Source of the DNA: the human T2T-CHM13v2.0 reference genome, Homo sapiens | Assembly: GCF_009914755.1 (NCBI RefSeq) | Contig: NC_060939.1 | DNA length: 64,000 nt | Direction: 5' to 3' (one strand) | Shown here: positions 56,715 through 64,000 of the stretch, piece by piece | Layout of the letters: each line of letters opens with the position of its first letter | Position numbering within the stretch: position 1 is the stretch's first letter | Program-made: the position numbers and the translations under genes | Notes under the pieces: generated by a model | Told to the model about the DNA's origin: nothing | Seen by the model: the letters and a program-made list of their open reading frames with translations, nothing else | The model's database searches: none

Positions 56715-57318
56715 GCAGGCTGCCACCCCCGATGCTGAGCCTCACAGCGAGCCTCCTGATCACCAGGAGCGCCCTGCCGTCCACCGTGGGATCCGCTACC
56801 TGTTGTACAGAGCACAGAGAGCCATCCGCCTTCGCCATGCCCTCCGCTTGCACCCTCAATTGCATCGGGCCCCTATTCGGACTTGGTCTCCCCATGTGGT
56901 CCAAGCCAGCACTCCTGCCATCACAGGGCCCCTCAACCATCCTGCCAATGCCCAGGAACATCCTGCCCAGCTGCAAAGGGGCATCAGCCCACCCCACCGG
57001 ATACGAGGGGCTGTGCGATCCCGCAGCCGCTCCCTCCGGGGCTCCTCCCATTTATCCCAGTGGCTCAACAACTTTTTTGCCCTCCCCTTCTCCTCCATGG
57101 CTTCCCAGCTTGACATGTCTTCCGTGGTGGGGGCAGGGGAAAGCAGAGCCCAGACTCTTGGAGCAGGTGTTCCCCCTGGGGACTCTGTCAGAGGCTCCAT
57201 GGAGGCCTCTCAAGTCCAAGTGCCTCTGGAAGCCTCTCCAATTACATTCCCACCACCCTGTGCCCCAGAAAGGCCCCCCATCAGCCCAGTCCCAGGCGCC
57301 CGTCAAGCAGGCCTCTGA
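56539..57318 (+). CDS. PML: PML exon 7b, PML-II specific C-terminus (829 aa total)
   Basis: CMEPMETAEPQSSPAH...ARQAGL* in ORF 56470..57318; acceptor GGAAAG|; 570+259 = 829. Confidence 0.93.
   Translation, partial: CMEPMETAEPQSSPAHSSPAHSSPAHSSPVQSLLRAQGASSLPCGTYHPPAWPPHQPAEQAATPDAEPHSEPPDHQERPAVHRGIRYLLYRAQRAIRLRHALRLHPQLHRAPIRTWSPHVVQASTPAITGPLNHPANAQEHPAQLQRGISPPHRIRGAVRSRSRSLRGSSHLSQWLNNFFALPFSSMASQLDMSSVVGAGESRAQTLGAGVPPGDSVRGSMEASQVQVPLEASPITFPPPCAPERPPISPVPGARQAGL
56572..56626 (+). repeat. Coding 15-bp tandem repeat (TCCTCGCCAGCCCAC) x3.7
   Basis: Three perfect units plus a 10-nt partial. Confidence 0.95.
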
Positions 57319-57373
57319 GAGTGCTACCCTTCTCTTGTAACCTTGCAGCCAACACCCCTGCCCGGCCCCTGAG

Positions 57374-57427
57374 CTGCCTCCTCCAGCCCATGCTCTTACA
57401 GGCCCTGCACAGAGTAGCACTCATTAA
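57374..57427 (+). CDS. PML: PML-VII (cytoplasmic, NLS-less) C-terminus LPPPAHALTGPAQSSTH, spliced from exon 4
   Basis: Manual translation; acceptor CCTGAG|; 418+17 = 435 aa. Confidence 0.8.
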   Translation: MPPPAHALTGPAQSSTH

Positions 57428-57738
57428 TTCTTGGTTAAGGAATGAATCAACGAATGAATGGCTATGCATGGACCTCTGGGCAGGGAGACCTGGGTCTTCT
57501 CTGGCTGAGAGGGGAAGGCTAAGGCATGGCTGAGATTCAAGCCACCATTCCAGGCCTCTTTGCCCAAGAAAGAAACTTCTGTCACCCTTGCACTCTCCTG
57601 TATTCTGAGTCCCTGGCCAATAGCACAGCCTTCCATGCCCCGACCCCCACCCCAAGCCTCTCCACTAGGCCTCTGCCAGGATCTAAGCCCATGAGCACAG
57701 GGACTGGCTATCCCAAGACCTGGCAGATGTGGCTGCTC

Positions 57739-57744
57739 AATAAA
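57739..57744 (+). terminator. PML: Poly(A) signal for exon-7b-terminating PML isoforms
   Basis: AATAAA ~420 nt after the PML-II stop, within GCTCAATAAACACTTGTTGAA. Confidence 0.8.
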
Positions 57745-58699
57745 CACTTGTTGAACCATCACCCTTGCGAACCCTTATTCCACGACCATCGCGTTCTCCG
57801 ATGGATCCAGCTCCTCCCTGCAGGCTGTTCTCTCTTCCCTATGCTGGAACTCAGTTCTCCTCTGGGGATACCATGTCCCCTCTTCCTCCCACACTCATGG
57901 GCATCAGAGGTGGGAGGTAGGGTCAAGGCCCCCTGCTTCCTGGACTGTTCCAGCCCCTTCCTGGCCGTCTGGTAAGATCCTCTGTCCCTCTCAGGGTGGG
58001 CCCCATGCTCCCCAGCTCATCCCAGACACCCACCTGCCCACCCTCATTGAGGGCAGACGTGAGCATTCACCTCCCAGATTTCTTCTCCCTGCTCAGGTCC
58101 TGCCTTCCTCCTGAGTGACTTCTATTTCCACCCACCTGCCCGCCACTCCTTAACCTCTCAGGGGTTGTCACCCCATTCCCCCAGACAGCTGCCTGCCCCG
58201 TGGCCGTGCCCTGCACCTTGCCATCACCGAGCACTGTCGGTCCCTCAGCCGGTCCTCTCAGACTCTGACCGCAGCCTCCTGTTCCTTGAGCTCTCAGTCC
58301 TACCTTCGCCTCCCTCCAGCCCCGCGCACTCCCCATTTCATCCCATCTTTCATCAGAATTGCAGCTCCCTGCCCAGCAGAAAATCCTGGAAGGACTCAGG
58401 AGCTTGTCGCCTCTGTGCTGCCACCTGGAGACCGAGATCTGCAGGAGAAAGGCCTGGGAAAACTATGAGTGGTTGCCTGTGACTGCTAAGGGCTCCTTGG
58501 TGCTCCGCCCAGCATGTCCTTTTGCTCTGCAGGGCAGCCCCCGCCTGCCTTTCTTCACTGGGCCCTTGTCCCAGCCTCACCCTCAGCTGATGGCGGCACC
58601 TTCTGCTCCAGGGAGAAAACAGGAGCTCTCCAATGGCATAGGGACAGTTGACATCTTGCTATTTACAGATCCCCATCGCACCCCTTCCCTGCCCTCGTT

Positions 58700-59520
58700 A
58701 GGGTGGAAGGGATGTCCACCTGCCTCCAGGACTCACCCTGTGTCCTGGCCCCAGCCCTTGACCCCCTGGGAGCCTCACTCCTCCTCCTCATCTCTCTTGC
58801 ATCTTCTAATGTATCCACTGCCTTCTGAACTAAACACCCTGAATGAGGTCTTTCTCATCTCAGAAAACTCCACCCACTTCTCTCTCCAGCTGTCGGCTCC
58901 CCTTCCTCTGCTCTCCTTGTTTACACTTCAGCCCCCTCCTTGCCCCTTCTTCACCCCACCTCCTGCGCTTCCCCGCCAGTACCAGGGTGGCCTCTGTGCC
59001 TCTAGGTGCAGTGTCGCGTTTAGTCGTTATTATTCTTGACCGGCGCTGGGCCCGGTCTTTCCTGGAAAGATCGCCTGCTCGGATGCAGCTCTGGGCACTC
59101 CTCCCTCTCCTCTGCAGGCTCTGTTTTTTCTTGGTTGTGGTGCTCCTGCAGGTTTGCTGCTGGGCCCTTTCCTCTTTTCAGTCTGTGTATTCTCCCAGGT
59201 GCTCTCAGCCACGCCCCTGACTTCAGTTACTGCCCAGGGGTAGCTGATACCCAACACTCGCACCTGCCTGCCAGACCAGCATGGCCAGTGACCTTCCAAC
59301 AGCTCCGCATGGATGCCCATAGGTACCTCAAACTCAGCACCTTCTCCTCCCGTCTCACTGGCTCGCCCCACTCTCTGCCCGGTTGCACAAGCCAAGACCC
59401 CATAGCCACCCAGGGCACCCCCCTTTTGATTATTCCTCACATCCAACCAGTTATTGAGTCTTGTCTTTCTAGGGTGTAAATTCCTCTGAAATCTGGGCAC
59501 TTCTTTCCATCCCATAATCT
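58700..59520 (+). mobile_element. L2 LINE remnant
   Basis: L2 motifs (catggatgcccataggtacctcaaactcagca; cctcacatccaaccagtt); similar antisense L2 pieces at ~7200-8500. Confidence 0.6.
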
Positions 59521-60954
59521 TGGTAAAATTAAAGCTACCACTGACCCTGGGTAGAGGCAGAAGCCTGGGAAGGAAAGGTGGAGAACAGGTTTGGAGTGCC
59601 AACAGTGTCCCCAGATGTCATGGAGAATCAAGTAGAGGGACCCCAGCAATATTGGGGGTGGGGCGGGGAGTATGTAATGCTCAGCTATCAGCAAGGAGTC
59701 ATTAGGGGCTATACAGTGAATTAAGGGAGGGGGTAAAAGCACATTTCAGGTGATGATGAATTAAATACCTAGGAGCTCACATTAGAGAGCAGGCCTAGAG
59801 ACGTGGGGAGAGAGCCAGAGGACCGCTGCTTTTGTGTATGTAGCTTTAAGACACAGGTTTTAAAAATTGTTATAGGAGTCCCAAACTTTAGAAAATATAT
59901 ATTTTAAAACCCCAACAAATTAGGTCCCCCCTATGCATTTCTCACCCAACTTCTGGGCCCTTTCCAGACCCCTGGTGCCCCCAGAGTACACCCAGCACCA
60001 CCACTGCAAATTCCTACTCCCCAGCTTGGAGGGGGTGGGGTGATATTCCCAAGGTGATCCCGGCTCCCACCTAACCCATCCTCCCCAGCTCTGCAGCTTA
60101 TATCCAGCTTTGCAGTGAGGAAAGTTGCAGAATACTGGTCTGCTACATTACTACTTTCCAAGTGTATCAGGGCATTTAGGAACCCCTCCCTTGAGCTTCA
60201 CCTGTGTCCTAGGGATTCAGTGAGAGACTGTTTGTGCAAGAAGGAGCGAGAGGCAGCAGGGCATAGTCATGGGGTGGAGCAGTGAGTCCCCCAGGCCTGG
60301 TTGTGGAGTACCTGGGGTGAGGACTTTGCTTAAAAACTGCCAGAGTGGGTCAGCAGTGCGCCTGCCCTGGGGCCCCTGCTTTAGGATCCAAAGTGGAAAA
60401 GATAGGTGTTTTCACCCACTCTTGTGACAGATTACTGGCTCCGGTGCCTTGGTGGCAGCAGCAACAGGAGGGGGCCAAGGTGAGGGGGCAGCCTGTGGCA
60501 GAAGTGGCAGTGGTGACGGCGGAGGAAGGGAGGCCTGTGGGGAATGGCTGATCCAGGGGAGGGGCCGTGGCACTGGTGAGTGTGCATCTGAGAAAATGAA
60601 ACGGAGGTGCTGGCCAAGAGGCTGGAGCTAGGCAGAAGGGCAGCAGAGGCCACAGGCTGGCCGAGTTTATGGTCCAGTTCACTCATAACATGTGCAGTAT
60701 TCCTGGGGTCTTTGAGGCTTTGCAAGAGCTGGGGTTTTGTGTCTGCAGAAAGATAGCAATGCATGTGTCTTGCCAAACTGATCCCAGCTGTAGCTGATGC
60801 TTAAGTGCTCAGAAAGTTCTTCAGGAGCTTGAGGGCTCTTGATAAGCATGAATGTCAGATGTTCTGTATCTTCCAGAGGCTGGATGCTGACTATCAGAGT
60901 TTGGCTTGTGTTTGGCTGATGAGCAAACCTGGAATGAATCAGTGATAAGGACAA

Positions 60955-61108
60955 TTGTTCTCAAGCTGGCTGTACACTGGGGAGTTTTCCCAACTACAGA
61001 TTCCTAGGTCCTACGCCCTGAGATTCTAATCGAATCAGTCTTGGGTGCAGCCTGGGCCTCAGTTTTTTCTTAAAGCTATGAATGCCTAACCAAAGTCAAG
61101 AACCACTG
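60955..61108. mobile_element. MER5-type hAT MITE
   Basis: ttgttctcaa...gagattctaat...gggtgcagcctggg...caagaaccactg terminal inverted ends. Confidence 0.7.
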
Positions 61109-64000
61109 AATCGGGGGATTCATTGCATGTCTGTGGTAGAGGAATGCTGCTCATTTGTTTATAGATGTGGCAGTCTTGAATGCAGGTGACATTTTCATAC
61201 CAGGGTGTAATACCGCAGAGGAGGGGAGAGGCTGGATCTTCCCTGATGTACCTCCTGGACTTTTGGAGTGTGATTACAATGCCAATCCAGCCACTTCCTC
61301 TGAGCATGCTTGGGACGACTGTTAGACCTGCTGTGTTGAGTTAGAATGCACTTGACCTGCTCAGGCCGTGAAATCTATGAGGAAGGGGAGTGAGATGGAT
61401 GTAGCTCATGAGCCAGATTGCAGGTGTATCCAAGTTGCATGTATATCCTGAAAAAATCCTGGCTCTCACGAGGCTCAGCCTGAACACAGTTTTGCATTCA
61501 AAGAAACAATGTCCATTAACCAAGTATAATAAAGAAATAAATCCCAGTATTTACTTGCATCTTTTGAAAGAACATTAAAGGGAATCCAGCTCATAACCCC
61601 AGCAGCACTTCTTCAGTCCTTCTTCCCCTTTTCTTTGGCGCCTGGCATCTCTCACTGCATAGCAAAGCTTTCCCCCTTGATTCCCGGTCCTCACACGCAG
61701 GCTCAAGGCTCTGTTTCCCATCTTCTTTCTTCTGTCCCCCTTCCTTTTCTCTTCCAAGCAAATCTAAGTCTTTTCCAGTGACTGTCCCTCTCTATGCTCC
61801 CCCGACACCCAGTTATCCTAATTTGCGGAATAAGGCCAAGGTGTGGGGCCTGGGGGCAGAATGGGAGAGTCTCCCCTAGTGAGCAGGGAGGGGAGTATGT
61901 TCTGCACCAGGCCACTATGTCTGATGGCCCTGCTGGCAAACCTGAGTCTTTCAGAAAGTCTTGTTTAAATGCGTCAGCACTCCCCAGCTGTGATGCTGGA
62001 GTTTAAGGCGGAGCAGGGGAGAATTCTGGGTTTACAGCTGGCTGGAGTTCCAGTGAGACCAGCTCCATGGGTGGCCATACTTTATGGAAGTCCCCAAGGG
62101 CAAGAGGAATTTTGGAGGAAGTGAGTCAGGGCTGAAAGGTCCAGCCTCTCCTCCATTAACAAGCTTGGTGGAAAGGGGGTGTCCTTTTATTAAAGGAGAC
62201 AGTAGAGGTTTCTTAGAGAAGGCAGCTCGAGTAAGTTTAGGACAAAGGACATTTCCCTGGCCCCGGGACAATGGAAGGCTCTAAAAACGAGGTTCTAGTG
62301 GCTGCCATAAATGACCCTGCTGTAACGATGGGAGGGGTGGCCTAAAGAGACAGTACTGTGGCTCTCCAGGGAGCTCTCCTCTTGGAAGAGCAGATCTGAA
62401 GGCGGGAAGACTGGTTCTAAGGCCGAGGACATTGCCCCAAGCTTTGTGGAGGCACTCAGGAACACAAAGGGGCATTTCCAGTTGGGTTTGGAGCAGGAAG
62501 AAGAACGAAAAAGAGAAAGTCCTGTGTGCCATGTCAGTGGGTGGCAGCATGGACTCAGCCTCAGCTATTGGCACCAAGGATCTGAACCAGGGAGGACCCA
62601 GAAGGGGAGCCCAGCCCCTCCACCAGCTTGTGGGAGAGCGCTGCTGCCCAGTGAAGCCTGGAGAGAGGAAACAACTGGATTCTCCCAAAGCGGGAGAAGG
62701 TGGAGTCTCCAGCCACCCAGCTACAAGCTAGGAAGACGCCTTGTAGAAGGCTCCTTACAGGGAGGAAACCGAGTTGGAAAGGCGAGACAGCAGTGTGGGC
62801 TCACCCGGAGCAAGACGTGTGAAATCAGCTTTTGACAGCGTGGCTGAATGAGGATCTGGAGATGCGAGGCGCTGGGCAGACTCTCTGACTAGATCCCTGG
62901 ATATGAAGAGGCAAAGCCAGCTCTAGATGGATTCATAGTGAGTGTCTGCTTCTGACAATAACTGGCAGAAAGCTGATGAGCCTGGAGCAGGGCTGTGAAA
63001 TGCAAATCCAGTGAAATCCAGCCACTCCTACAAAAACCCACCACATCTTAGGTTACTTGTGGGCGGAAACGCTTTTTCTCTCAGTTGAAGCTTGGTTGGA
63101 AGCAGATGTTTCACTTGGGCATTGGAAGGGTCTGGGGAAATGTGCTGCCTCCTAGGCCAGGGACATTAGCCAGAGGCCAGAATTAACTGAGGCTTTAGCA
63201 CCAGGTGACACCAACTTCATTGAGAAGCCAGCGGCAGTCCATAAAGAGGAAAAACCCAAGGCCTGCCCTGGACTCTGTCCCAGCCATGCTCCCAATTGGC
63301 CCTGTGATCCTGTCCATGTCTCTTCCTTGCTGGTCTCTGGCTAACGTCCACAGGTGGCATTCATGGGAGGTTCCAAGTTGGTCATCAAAGACTAAACATC
63401 TGGGCTTGGCAGCTGAGCAGATGATAAGCAATTAACTCTGTATTACCATCAGAGGCTCCACCTCCCTCTGTAGTCCCAGTCCCTTGGGAAAATCTCAGAG
63501 CTGGAGCCCTTCCCTCATCCTCTGGCTCCCCACCCCATGGCTTCTCGAACAGTGTTCCCACCAGGACCTTGGGACAGGAGAGAACGCCTCACCTGAAGGA
63601 CTCCCAAAACTCAGGTTTCTCTAAGCTGCTGGGGCAGATGCCAAGAGCCTCCACTGCTCTCTCACTGCCAAGGACCTGGGTGTCCACCTAGATGTGGCCT
63701 TCAGGAGGCCAAGCAGTCCTTCCCCTCGCCTTTGTGTAGGACACTGGCACCTCGGCTGACTTCGGGGACAAGAAAAGGCAGGCTCCCGACCCCTTCCAAA
63801 GAATCATCTGGGGTTCAAGATGAGGCTTCTTTCTCCCGTCCCAAGTTTTGGTGTTTCTTCTGAGTCTGCTCAGAAAGATGAAATTAGGAGCAGACATCTC
63901 AGGTCCTGCCTGCCATAGCAGATGGCTCCTTCCCTGAGCCTCCATAAGCAGCACAGCACACTCATGCACACACCCACTGGCATTTTCTCTCACACTTTCA

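Noticed and set aside
58359-59602. 226-aa, 190-aa and 147-aa ORFs in the intron after exon 7b
   Set aside because: Pyrimidine-rich, overlap an L2 remnant, no recognisable product; not the PML-I/IV exons

Overview
Human (primate) genomic DNA, recognisable as the STOML1-PML locus (15q24). The minus strand holds the complete STOML1 CDS: 7 coding exons at 5282-13568, all GT-AG, summing to 1197 nt = 398 aa + stop (GYRAL sorting motif, hydrophobic segment, SPFH/stomatin domain, SCP2 domain). The plus strand, head-to-head, holds PML/TRIM19 exons 1-7b (ATG 16158). These cover RING, B-box1, B-box2, coiled-coil, NLS, SIM and the alternative C-termini of isoforms II, III, V, VI and VII. The exons for the PML-I/IV C-termini are not in the window. 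The APL breakpoint regions (intron 3, exon 6, intron 6) appear in germline configuration, with no RARA sequence recognised. PML intron 2 (24.4 kb) is packed with Alus, L1M, ERV1/MaLR LTRs and DNA transposons. This is a well-studied locus and I see no new multi-gene system. The most interesting sequence-level observations are: (i) PML exon 7b is multiply coded (PML-II, PML-III and a third open frame of ~200 aa); its acceptors sit in a CR1/L3 3' tail and its poly(A) signal is an L2-like tail; (ii) a non-Alu inverted repeat with a 41/45-nt core in intron 4; (iii) nested LTRs in intron 1 carrying GAS and IRF motifs; (iv) tandem donors in G-runs at exon 6; (v) a possible intron-3 polyadenylated RBCC-only isoform. 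Repeat family names and boundaries are by eye, from remembered consensus sequences, and are approximate.
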